NCBI GenBank assembly: GCA_027118455.1
Contig: JAJAYZ010000044.1
Location: 164-64,163 of the forward strand
DNA: 64,000 bases
Source: Actinomycetes bacterium
Lineage (GTDB): Bacteria; Actinomycetota; Actinomycetes; JAHEKZ01
Direction: 5' to 3'
The notes under the pieces are model-generated. The model did no database searches. It was not told the origin of the DNA and saw only the letters and a list, made by a program, of their open reading frames with translations. Both the position numbers and the translations under genes were made by a program. Below are positions 28,648 to 37,643 of this stretch, one piece after another; the stretch's first letter is position 1, and every line of letters begins with the position of its first letter.

Positions 28648-28938
28648 AAGTCAGATCCTCCCAAGGTCGGGAGTCTCCGGCCACGCCGAGACGGCTCACG
28701 CTTTGGAGAAACGCGAAGGTCCAAGTTGCCTGAGACTCCACTTGACGGTCAGAAAATTCGTAAGTACCTCGGGGAAGTGGCTGAAGAGATTCGTTCGGGG
28801 CAACAGCACAAACTCATCATCGTGGGAGGGTCCAGCCCAGGGCCAGCGGGGCAAAGAGCCGAGGGGCCAAGGGCCCATGTCCTTGCCGGGGTCGCGGTTC
28901 GTGCGGGAAGGTAGGTCGCACAGCGTTGAGGAGGTGTC

Positions 28939-29556
28939 ATGGCTGAGTCCAAACTGGACGCCGTCTACGGGGCCAAGAGTCCCGCGGAGCTGGCTTCGGC
29001 CTACGACGAGTGGTCGGCCTCGTACGACTCAGACATGGGCGAAGTTGGCTACCGTCACCCGGCCGTCGGGCTCGCCCTATTGACTCGTCACCTTCCCGCA
29101 GGGTCGGAGCCGATCTTGGACGCCGGGGCGGGCACAGGGCTGCTCGGTGGACTCTTGGGCACGGTCGGTTACCCAGTCGTCGACGCCCTGGACGCGTCCC
29201 CCGGCATGCTCGAGATCGCCCGCTCCAAAAACGTGTACCGCGAGTTTCACCACGCCTTCCTCGGTGAACGGCTGACGTTTGAAGATGGCACCTACGCAGC
29301 TGTGGTCAGCACCGGCGTCTTCACCACCGGGCATGTGGGGGTGGAGGGCTTGACAGAGCTCTTTCGAGTCGTGCGTCCCGGTGGGGTCATCGTCCTTTCG
29401 GTGAAGATGACTGTGTGGGACTCCGGGTTCGCCGACTACTTGGCTCAGGCCGAGGCCGGCGCACAGGTTCGTACGCTTGAAGTGACGCCGAGCTACGCCT
29501 CGATGCCTGCCGGGGCCGTGACATCTCCGTGCGTCGGAGTCGTTCTCCGGCGATGA
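28939..29556 (+). CDS. class I SAM-dependent methyltransferase
   Basis: Motif I ILDAGAGTGLLG, then acidic DALDASPGML and VVRPGGVIVLS. 205 aa. Confidence 0.8.
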   Translation: MAESKLDAVYGAKSPAELASAYDEWSASYDSDMGEVGYRHPAVGLALLTRHLPAGSEPILDAGAGTGLLGGLLGTVGYPVVDALDASPGMLEIARSKNVYREFHHAFLGERLTFEDGTYAAVVSTGVFTTGHVGVEGLTELFRVVRPGGVIVLSVKMTVWDSGFADYLAQAEAGAQVRTLEVTPSYASMPAGAVTSPCVGVVLRR

Positions 29557-29569
29557 GCGCCTTGTCGAG

Positions 29570-30025
29570 TCAGTAGCCAGAAATCTGTAGGGCCAGCGAG
29601 GCACCGAGCTCTTCGCATGCGGTGAGCCCTTCCTTGATAGGGGCACCCACCAAGGAGACGTCGGTGGCTACCTGTTTCCAGCTCATGCCTCCGGCGATCT
29701 TGTGAATCGCTCGCAAGGCTCCCGAGGTGTCGTCGTTGCCGTGGACGTAGACGCCGTAGGGGAGGCCAACCGTGACCTCAAGGCAGGGGTAGTAGACCTG
29801 ATCGAGAAAGTGTTTCAGGGCTCCTGACATGTAACCGATGTTGGCCGGCGTCCCAAGAATCAAACCGTTCGCCGCCAAGACGTCAGCTGGTCCCGCCGAC
29901 AGGGCTGCCCTGACCTCGACGGTGACGCCAGAGACTTCCAGATGTCTGGTTCCGCGCAGGACCGCGTCCAACATCTCCTGAACGGCTGGCGAGGGAGTGT
30001 GCTGAACAACCAGGAGAGTTGGCAT
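29570..30025 (-). CDS. flavodoxin-like fold NAD(P)H-dependent FMN reductase family protein
   Basis: MPTLLVVQHTPSP..., LILGTPANIGYMSGALKHFLD is typical of FMN_red/flavodoxin-like proteins. Start trimmed to ATG 30025. It lies 20 nt downstream of the nitrilase stop. Confidence 0.7.
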   Translation of the reverse strand: MPTLLVVQHTPSPAVQEMLDAVLRGTRHLEVSGVTVEVRAALSAGPADVLAANGLILGTPANIGYMSGALKHFLDQVYYPCLEVTVGLPYGVYVHGNDDTSGALRAIHKIAGGMSWKQVATDVSLVGAPIKEGLTACEELGASLALQISGY

Positions 30026-30044
30026 CAGCCCATGATGCCGGAGA

Positions 30045-30994
30045 TCAGGGGGACTCTGGCGACTTGGGCAGATCAAGATGAGAGGCTTCCCTGCGGCCAG
30101 GCGCGAACCGGTCCTGCCGTGAGTAGTGGCCCGCGACATCAAACCAGCGCTTCGCGTGCAGCCTCTGACGGAGATCGTAGTCCGCGACAACAATGCCCTC
30201 TTCGTCCAGCAATGGACCGGCGATCACTGTGCCGAAGGGATCGACGATCTCCGATCCTCCGCGCCCGAGGCAGGTGAGATCGTCGGGAATCTGCGCGGGA
30301 AAGTCATTTCCGAATGCCTCGCGCGGCAGGTGTTGCGCCACACCAACGGTGAATGTGCCGGCTTCAATGGCGATGTGTCGCATGGTCGCCTGCCAACTGT
30401 CAGTGTCATCAGCGGTTGGCGCGACCCAGATCTGCGGACCCCCTTGGTAGACCGCCCAGCGGGCCAATGGCATGCGGTTCTCCCAGCAGATCAAACCACC
30501 TATTCGCCCGACGCCGTGGACGTCCACTACTTCGATGTTGTCCCCGTCCCCACGCCGTGTAAGACGCGCTCGTGCATGGTGGGCATGGTCTTGCGATGCC
30601 TCATCAGTACACCGGGCGGGCCGAGCAGAAGCATCGTGTTGTACAGAGTCCCCGGCCTGGCGTCCTCGCGTTCGTTGACACCGAGAACAACGAAGACGTT
30701 GTGCCGTCGGCAGGCGTCCACGACGAGTTGGATCTCTGCGCCAGCCACGTCCACCGACGACTCCCACATGAGCTCCCAGAGCCGGCCGGCACCTTCGAAC
30801 TTCGCGGCCGCCGCCGCCCACGCGCCACTCGGATACACCGAGACGAAGCATTCGGGGAAAACTATCAGCGAGGCACCGAGGCCAGCGGCGTCGCCGATGA
30901 GAGCAACGGTCTTGGCGATGGTCGCATCGAGGTTCAACGGAACCGGTGTTGCCTGAACCGCCGCGATGCGCCCCGAAGGGTGTGTGGCCGGCAT
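30045..30994 (-). pseudogene. nitrilase / C-N hydrolase, single frameshift between the Lys and Cys of the catalytic triad
   Basis: The N-terminal half is track ORF 30527..30994 (FPECF Glu; HRKTMPTMHERVLHG Lys). The C-terminal half is the last ~165 codons of ORF 30045..31034 (GDGDNIEVVDVHGVGRIGGLICWEN Cys). Adding one G in the run at 30539-30542 (C4 on the + strand) restores ...ERVLHGVGDGDNIEVV... Confidence 0.8.
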
Positions 30995-31218
30995 CAGGTC
31001 CCTTTCGGGCCGGAGGTCGACGAAACCGCGCCAATTCGATAATCGTGGCCCCTCACTTGGGGCGCCGCAAGGTGCGGTTGTCCAATGGCGGGCATAGCGC
31101 TCATCGCCTCAGGCTTTCCACGGTTCCCTATGCCGCCCCAAGGGCGATCAGATAGCGTCAGGCCATGCCTCGGCGTCTGGGCCGAGCATGTGGCTGAGTA
31201 TCTGGCTGAGGAGCACCC

Positions 31219-32601
31219 ATGACTGTCGAGTACAAGGTCGTCAACCCCGCTACTGGGACGATCGAGAAGAAGTTCCCGACGGCGTCCGATGCCGAGATCA
31301 GCTCGGCGATCGCACGAGCCGACGGGGTCTTCCGCACCTGGAGCGCCACTCCGCTCGCTGAGCGCGCCGCAGCGATCCACCGGGTGGCCGACCTCCACGC
31401 CGAGCGGGCCAGCGAGCTAGCCGCCTTGATCACCCGCGAGATGGGAAAGACGACTGCAGAGGCGATCGACGAGGTCGAGTACTCGGCCGACATCTACCGC
31501 TACTACGCCGACCAGGCGGCCACACTGCTGGCTGATGAGCCGCTGAAAGCGTCATCGGGTGGTAACGCGTTCATTCGCAAAGCGCCCATCGGCGCTCTCC
31601 TCGGGATCATGCCCTGGAACTACCCCTACTACCAGGTGGCTCGCTTCGCGGGGCCGAACCTGCTCGTCGGCAACACCATCCTGCTCAAACACGCGCCACA
31701 GTGTCCAGAGTCTGCGCTCGCGATGGAGGCCATCTTCCACGAGGCTGGGGTTCCCGCCGACGCGTACATCAACCTGTTTGCGACCAACGAGCAGGCGGCT
31801 GACGTGATCGCTGACACCCGGGTGCGTGGAGTCTCGGTCACCGGTAGCGAACGCGCTGGTACGGCGGTCGCCTCGCTGGCCGGTCAGCACCTTAAGAAGG
31901 TCGTCCTGGAGCTCGGTGGGTCGGACCCCTTCATTGTGCTCGACACCGATGACCTGCCCCAGGTGGCCAAGGACGCCGTCGCAGCTCGCATGGAGAACAC
32001 CGGACAGGCCTGCAACGCCGCGAAGCGCTTCATCGTTGCCGAGCCGCTGTATGGCGAGTTCGTCGATCTCTTCGCAGCCGAGATGGCCAAGCTGACGATC
32101 GGTGATCCGACTGACCCGTCGGTTTCCTACGGCCCGCTCTCGTCAGAAGCTGCAGCCGCCGGGCTCATGACGCAGGTCCAGGACGCCATCGACAAGGGGG
32201 CCACGGTTCACACCGGTGGAAGCCGGATCGACGGACCTGGAGCTTTCATCCAGCCCACGGTGCTGACGGATGTAACGCCGGAGATGCGTGCCTTCCGCGA
32301 GGAGCTCTTCGGGCCGGTGGCCGTGATCTACAAGGTGAACGACGCCGAAGAGGCGCTGGCGCTCGCCAACGACTCGCCGTTCGGTCTCGGTGGCGCCGTC
32401 TACCACTCTGACCCGGACATCGCCCTTGACATCGCCAACCGGCTCGACACCGGAATGGTGTGGATCAACGAGCCAGAGGGTGGCGGACCTGAGCTGCCGT
32501 TCGGTGGCACGAAACGGTCCGGCGTCGGTCGTGAGCTCGGCCCCTACGGCATTGACGAGTTTGTCAACCGCAAGTTGATCCACATTCCTGCCGGGCAGTG
32601 A
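31219..32601 (+). CDS. NAD(P)-dependent succinate-semialdehyde dehydrogenase (Sad/YneI-like aldehyde dehydrogenase)
   Basis: ELGGSDP (catalytic Glu) and NTGQACNAAKRF (catalytic Cys). Collinear with E. coli YneI as I recall it. Confidence 0.88.
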   Translation: MTVEYKVVNPATGTIEKKFPTASDAEISSAIARADGVFRTWSATPLAERAAAIHRVADLHAERASELAALITREMGKTTAEAIDEVEYSADIYRYYADQAATLLADEPLKASSGGNAFIRKAPIGALLGIMPWNYPYYQVARFAGPNLLVGNTILLKHAPQCPESALAMEAIFHEAGVPADAYINLFATNEQAADVIADTRVRGVSVTGSERAGTAVASLAGQHLKKVVLELGGSDPFIVLDTDDLPQVAKDAVAARMENTGQACNAAKRFIVAEPLYGEFVDLFAAEMAKLTIGDPTDPSVSYGPLSSEAAAAGLMTQVQDAIDKGATVHTGGSRIDGPGAFIQPTVLTDVTPEMRAFREELFGPVAVIYKVNDAEEALALANDSPFGLGGAVYHSDPDIALDIANRLDTGMVWINEPEGGGPELPFGGTKRSGVGRELGPYGIDEFVNRKLIHIPAGQ

Positions 32602-32646
32602 CCTCGCAGCCCTCGTGGTGGTCGTCGCGCGGTAGTTTCTTGCCCC

Positions 32647-34077
32647 ATGGAAGAAGTGCGGCTGGCGCCGCGGTCACCTGAGGCACTAGCCGGCATCATT
32701 GGGCATGATCGGCTTGAGCGGTTGCTCACACGGGATGCTGCGGCCATGCGCTCTGCGCTGCGAGGTCACAGCGTGATCAACATCAACTCCACGCCAGCCG
32801 GCGGGGGCGTCGCTGAGATGTTGCAGGTGCTGCTGCCGTTGACCCGCGGTGCCGACATCGACGCGCGCTGGCTGGTGATCGAGGGCAACCCGCAGTTCTT
32901 CGCTATCACCAAGCGCATCCATCACCACCTGCATGGCCAACCCGGCGACGGGAAGGTGCTCGGTGGTGCGGAGGTCACTCACTACGAGAGCGTGATGCGA
33001 CGAAACACCGATGAGCTGTCGGCCTTCGTCATTGATGGCGACATCGTCATCTTGCACGATCCACAGACGGCCGGTATGGCTCGGTTTCTCTCCGACGTGG
33101 GCATCCCTGTCGTCTGGCGCTGCCACGTCGGAATCGACGGAAGCAACGAGTGGACCGAGGACGCCTGGGCGTTCCTGCGCAGCTACCTTGAGCCTTACGT
33201 CGACGCCTACGTCTTTACTCGGTCGCAGTACGCACCCGACTGGGTGCCGAAGGACCGGCTGCACGTCATCCGGCCGAGCATCGACCCGTTGTCGCCCAAG
33301 AACCACGACATGAGCGCCGAGAACGCTCGGGCGATCTTGTCGTATGTCGGCATCGTCGATGGCCCACCCGCTGGTCCCGTTCCCTTCCTCAGGGCAGATG
33401 GCACGCCGGGTCGCGTCGAGCGCTTCGCCGACATCATCCAGACCGGTCCACCCCCCCCGGCGGATGCCCCACTTATCGTCCAGGTGAGTCGGTGGGACCC
33501 CTTGAAAGACATGGCTGGTGTCATGCACGGGTTCGTCGAGCACGTGCTTGATGGCACGGAGGCGCACCTCGTTCTCGCTGGCCCGGTGGTGACGGCTGTT
33601 GCTGACGATCCAGAAGCTGCCGTGGTGCTGAACGACACATGGCAACAATGGCGCGCACTACGGCACCACCAGCGCAGCAGAGTCCAACTGGTCTGCCTGC
33701 CGATGTCAGACGTCCAGGAGAACGCCGTCATCGTCAACGCACTCCAACGTCACGCCGCCGTGGTGTCGCAGAAGAGCCTTGCCGAAGGTTTCGGGCTAAC
33801 CGTCACCGAGGCGATGTACAAGGGCAAGCCGGTCGTGGCGTCCGCAGTGGGCGGCATCGGTGACCAGATTGTCGACGGCGAGAGTGGCCTCTTGGTCCAA
33901 GACCCGCGAAACTTGGCGGAGTACGGAGCCACGGTGAACCGAATCCTGGAAGATCCGCTGCTTGCCGTACGTCTTGGCGAGGGCGGGCGACGTCGGGCGA
34001 TCGACGCCTTCCTGCCGGACACTTCGCTCGGGCAGTGGGAGGAACTGCTCGTCGCCGTGATGACGCCCGGCGCCTAG
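32647..34077 (+). CDS. GT4 glycosyltransferase, TreT (trehalose synthase)-like
   Basis: The N-terminal INSTPAGGGVAEMLQVLLPL...RWLVIEGNPQFFAITKRIHHHLHG pattern resembles TreT. C-terminal E-x7-E-like SLAEGFGLTVTEAMYKGKPVV. Confidence 0.72.
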   Translation: MEEVRLAPRSPEALAGIIGHDRLERLLTRDAAAMRSALRGHSVININSTPAGGGVAEMLQVLLPLTRGADIDARWLVIEGNPQFFAITKRIHHHLHGQPGDGKVLGGAEVTHYESVMRRNTDELSAFVIDGDIVILHDPQTAGMARFLSDVGIPVVWRCHVGIDGSNEWTEDAWAFLRSYLEPYVDAYVFTRSQYAPDWVPKDRLHVIRPSIDPLSPKNHDMSAENARAILSYVGIVDGPPAGPVPFLRADGTPGRVERFADIIQTGPPPPADAPLIVQVSRWDPLKDMAGVMHGFVEHVLDGTEAHLVLAGPVVTAVADDPEAAVVLNDTWQQWRALRHHQRSRVQLVCLPMSDVQENAVIVNALQRHAAVVSQKSLAEGFGLTVTEAMYKGKPVVASAVGGIGDQIVDGESGLLVQDPRNLAEYGATVNRILEDPLLAVRLGEGGRRRAIDAFLPDTSLGQWEELLVAVMTPGA

Positions 34078-34081
34078 GAAG

Positions 34082-34420
34082 ATGGATACCATCGACGTCG
34101 TTGTTGTTGGTGCTGGGTTCTCCGGTCTCGCCGCAGCCCGCGACCTAGCCGCCCGGGGTGCGAGTGTCGCTGTGCTCGAGGCAGCTGGCCGCGTCGGGGG
34201 TCGCACCGACACGTCGCATGACGGCGACCGATGGATCGAGCTCGGCGGCCAGTGGTCTGGCCCCGGCCAAGACCGTCTGCTCGCTCTTGCGACTCAGTTC
34301 GGTGTGGAGACGTTCCAGACGCCCCATGTGGGAATCAATCTCATGGTCACCGACGGCACGGTGATCCCCGAATCCGAAGCCATCACCGTGGACGCGACCC
34401 TTGCGGTCGTCGAGCAACTG
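34082..34420 (+). pseudogene. 5' fragment (~112 codons) of a flavin-containing amine oxidase (MAO/putrescine-oxidase family)
   Basis: VVVVGAGFSGLAAARDLAARGASVAVLEAAGRVGGR is the GxGxxG...E...RxGGR FAD fold. Family members are ~450 aa. Beyond about 34420 the frame reads antisense to the opposing gene and ends at 34507. Confidence 0.65.
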
Positions 34421-35574
34421 AGGTCGATGGCGTCGGTCGGCGCTAGACAGAAGGCCTCTTTGGCGCTGTCGAGGACCTTGGCCATGCTCGAGTCCAGCAA
34501 GGAGTAGGCAGCGAAGTCCTTGAAGTGCCAGTGCTGATGTCCGTCTCGGTTGTCGTAGGTGAGCGTGCCTGCTGGCAGCTTGTTGACCGGCTCGCCGTTC
34601 TCATAGAAGTACTGGAAGGCATCCATGGTCGGCGAAGCAGGATCGCGAAATCCCTCGACGACCAACGGCCCCGGCCCGGCGTTCCAGGCCGTCGCGCCGA
34701 AGTCCAAGTACGCTCGGCCGGATTTCGGCCGGTTCTCCACCCGGATGCCCCAGGCGGGAAGAGCTTCGATGTCAGGAAGTGCGGAGTCAGGAGGAGTGCC
34801 GATCGGTGCCGACGCCCGTTCGGTCAGGGATCCAGAGTTGGAGGCTGGGTCGCTTGCCTGCCTGGCGGATAGGGTGCCTCCGCTTCCCTTAACGACGCTC
34901 ACGGGAACTGTCACCGCGGCGTCCTCCGGAGCCACGCCGAAAGCGGTCCGGTAGGGCTCGGCGATCGAAACAGTGAGGCGGTACGTGCCGGGATCGACCT
35001 TCAGATGTCGTCCGAGCGACGGACGAGCCTGCGTTGACCAGCCCTGGTCGATTCCCAGAACCATTCCGCGGGTGAACGGGGAGGTCCAGCAGAAGTTGGG
35101 GAAGGTCGGCGCCGATGGTCCGCTGTCGTCAACGCGTTCGCTCTGCCAGTCGTAGGGGCAGAAGCCACGGCTGACGTCCTTGATCGGTGTGCCATTCCGT
35201 TTGGTGAGCTCAGCCGTCAAGAAGGCCGGAAGGCGACCGGACGCATCTGACTCTGGCAAGCCCGCCAAGGGGAGAGTGTCGGTGACGTTGCCGCCTGAGT
35301 CACGCACCACCTGGCTCAGGGTCACCGGGTCGTCGTAGCTGGTCCGCTGTCGCCAAAGTTCGAACGATCCCCCGGCGGCTGCTACGTAGAGCGAGAAGTG
35401 CATCTCGTAGCGTCCGTTGCGGTACAGGTTGATGACCGCGGCGTCAGAACTGGAGATCAGCCGAACACTTGGGGGAGGGGCGCTCGTGGCGTTGGCCTGC
35501 GTGGCCATGGCCGGGAGCATGAGCGCGGAGAGTGCGATTGCCAATGTGCGGACACGACGCAGACGACCCACCAT
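34417..35574 (-). pseudogene. secreted lysyl-oxidase-like (LOX catalytic domain) protein, 3'-truncated
   Basis: Signal peptide MVGRLRRVRTLAIALSALMLPAMATQANA. ...YDNRDGHQHWHFKDFAAYSLL...SAKEAFCLAPTDAIDLS matches the LOX His cluster and the Lys-bearing HKASFCLED block. The ~100 aa that should follow, including the LTQ Tyr, are missing. The last 40 codons of the track ORF are antisense to the amine oxidase fragment. Confidence 0.6.
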
Positions 35575-35839
35575 GTGTTCCCCGTTTCCCAGATCAGTTC
35601 AAGAGATGGGGTCTGTCTACCAGCGACGGATGGGCGTCAGGGTGAGTTAGTCGCATTGTTGTGTGGGAGGTCCTGACTAGCCGGCCAGCGTCCCGGCTCG
35701 ACCAAATCAGAGCGGGCTGACGCGGTTCGTGCGGCTCTGCGGTTATAGGCGAATTGTGTGACTGGTCTTTCCGGTCGAGCTGGCACCTCGGATGCGGTGC
35801 GACTCAAGCAATCCCCCAGGACGTGCCGATAGGAGGGTT

Positions 35840-36064
35840 GTGACACCGAACTGCCCCGACCCGATTATCCGGGCTACCTTGACCGCCGTCCATCGACGCG
35901 ACCACGCCCACGGCGCCGAGCCCTGCCATCCGCACCAGGTCGAGGTTGTGCACCTGGGATACCTGGCCATGACCGTATGCCATGACTGCAGCTATGAGTT
36001 CGGATTCAATGACACCCACTCTTGCGAGCGGATCGCCACCGAGCACCGAATGGCAACGGCCTAG
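35840..36064 (+). CDS. 74-aa Cys/His-rich protein, hypothetical
   Basis: AGGAGG at 35831-36 followed by GTG 35840. (M)TPNCPDPIIRATLTAVHRRDHAHGAEPCHPHQVEVVHLGYLAMTVCHDCSYEFGFNDTHSCERIATEHRMATA*. GC3 is about 70%. Confidence 0.3.
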   Translation: MTPNCPDPIIRATLTAVHRRDHAHGAEPCHPHQVEVVHLGYLAMTVCHDCSYEFGFNDTHSCERIATEHRMATA

Positions 36065-36130
36065 ATCCACGGTACGGAATGACGGCGGGTTCTCCGCTGT
36101 GATGCCGGGACTCCGCTCCAGAATGGGGGC

Positions 36131-36901
36131 ATGAGCAAAGCGCTGCGGGTCATGGTCACTGCTGGTGGCGGCGGAATTGGCGCCGTCATTGCCAGTTCAT
36201 TCGCCACGGCAGGTGCCCGCGTCCACACCTGTGACATCTCGTCGGATGCCTTGGATGCGCTCAGTGCCCATGCGCCGTCGATCGTCGGAAGTGTGGTCGA
36301 CCTTTCAGATGCCGAAGCCATCGGCTCATGGTGTCGTGCTGCGATTGATGATCTCGGTGGCGTCGACGTGCTCGTCAACAACGCCGGGATCGCGGGACCA
36401 ACGGCCGACGTGGAGGACGTATCGCTCGAGGACTGGCGACAGTGCATCGCCATCGACCTCGACAGCCACTTCCTGACCTGCCGTGCGGTGGTTCCGGTGA
36501 TGAAGGAGCAGCGCTCTGGCTCGATCATCAACATGTCCTCAACGGCCGGCCAGTTGGGCTACGGGCGGCGAACGCCGTATGCCGCAGCCAAATGGGCCGT
36601 AATTGGTCTCACCAAGTCGCTAGCCATCGAAGTCGGGCGGTACGGCGTCCGGGTGAACGCCATCTGCCCCGGTTCGGTCCGAGGCGATCGGATGGACCGC
36701 GTCATTGCGGCCGAGGCCGCTGCGCGCGGCGTCGAGCCTCCTGTCGTGGAGGCGGAGTACACCGCGTCGCAGTCGATCGCTCGCTTTGTTGCTCCGCAGG
36801 AGATCGCCGACATGGCAGTGTTCCTCGGCTCGCCGCAATCACAGATGGTCAGTGGACAGGCCATCGCGGTGGATGGCCATACCGAGACCTACCACCTCTG
36901 A
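36131..36901 (+). CDS. short-chain dehydrogenase/reductase (FabG-like)
   Basis: TAGGGGIG cofactor motif, NNAG, and catalytic S...YAAAK. Confidence 0.9.
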   Translation: MSKALRVMVTAGGGGIGAVIASSFATAGARVHTCDISSDALDALSAHAPSIVGSVVDLSDAEAIGSWCRAAIDDLGGVDVLVNNAGIAGPTADVEDVSLEDWRQCIAIDLDSHFLTCRAVVPVMKEQRSGSIINMSSTAGQLGYGRRTPYAAAKWAVIGLTKSLAIEVGRYGVRVNAICPGSVRGDRMDRVIAAEAAARGVEPPVVEAEYTASQSIARFVAPQEIADMAVFLGSPQSQMVSGQAIAVDGHTETYHL

Positions 36902-36966
36902 TCGCACGTGGAACACACTCGGCACTCAAATGTGGCAGCCAGGAGCACATTCGGCGGGAATGTGGG

Positions 36967-37530
36967 TCAGTCGAGGAGGGCACAAAAGTCGAGATCCTCG
37001 CTCTGGAATAGGCCCTTGGCGCTGACCAGCTCCTCGCTGAGGATTCACCACCAGGCTGTGAGTCGTCCAGGGTGTCAAAGATGTACCGCTCGGTGACGGT
37101 GCCACGGTCACGGGAGATCAGGGCGCCCTCGGAGTCGTAGATGTTGCAGAGAGCTCCGGAGTCCTTGGTGATGTAGGCAACAACGTTCCCGTCCGTTGAA
37201 ATCACCATCGGCTGTCACTCACGGAATCGTCCGCTGGCTGTCGTCGAGAAGGAGTCTCCGGTACCTCGGTCGGTGCAGGTCTCTCAGAAGCTGTAGTTCT
37301 CGCCATAAACGAAGAACTGGCCATCGGTCCGGCTGTTGGCATCGCGGATCTTGCTGCTCACAGTGCCCTCGCGGTGGTAGTCGATCGTCGTTCCGCAGTC
37401 CTTGAAACTGTCGTCGAACGCATAGTCAGAAGTTGTTCCGCTCGATGATGGCGCCGGCGTTGGCGGGCGTGACAGGGCCGAGAGTGGCCAGTGATAGGAG
37501 GGCGAGAATGCCGATAGTGCTATGGCGAGT
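36967..37530 (-). pseudogene. decayed gene for a small secreted protein, family not recognised
   Basis: Hand reconstruction: signal peptide ...TLTRHSTIGILALLSLATLGPVTPANAGAIIERNNF | frame change ~37413 | DYAFDDSFKDCGTTIDYHREGTVSSKIRDANSRTDGQFFVYGENYSF*(TGA 37284-6)ETCTDRGTGDSFSTTASGRFRE*(TGA 37215-7)QPMVISTDGNVVAYITKDSGALCNIYDSEGALISRDRGTVTERYIFDTLDDSQPGGE | frame change ~37043 | ILSEELVSAKGLFQSEDLDFCALLD* (TGA 36967-9). No usable start codon was found. The region has lower GC. Confidence 0.5.
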
Positions 37531-37643
37531 GAGTGTCGTGAGGTTGCTTCCCCGTTAGGGGGAAGGTATGTGGTGGGCGCGGAGTCATCTTGATCAAATA
37601 GGGCCAGTACCACCAACGTGGCAAGGCAGTCACCCGACGTGAC

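Noticed and set aside
28700-28925. +strand reading ...LPETPLDGQKIRKYLGEVAEEIRSGQQHKLIIVGGS... resembling a nucleotidyltransferase/DUF6036 N-terminus.
   Set aside because: Only ~30 residues are suggestive, there is no start codon, and the sequence degenerates immediately afterwards. It is mentioned only as possible debris within the tRNA-adjacent islet.
27952-29000. Direct repeat of the tRNA-Met 3' end that would mark the far att site of an integrated element.
   Set aside because: I could not find a second copy of TTCGAGCCCCACCCGCCCC or a substantial part of it downstream by eye. The element boundary is therefore undefined.
30995-31034. Upstream extension and N-terminal half of the 329-aa ORF 30045..31034.
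   Set aside because: Only its last ~165 codons carry nitrilase motifs. The first half is an Arg-rich alternative frame of the true N-terminal half (ORF 30527..30994).
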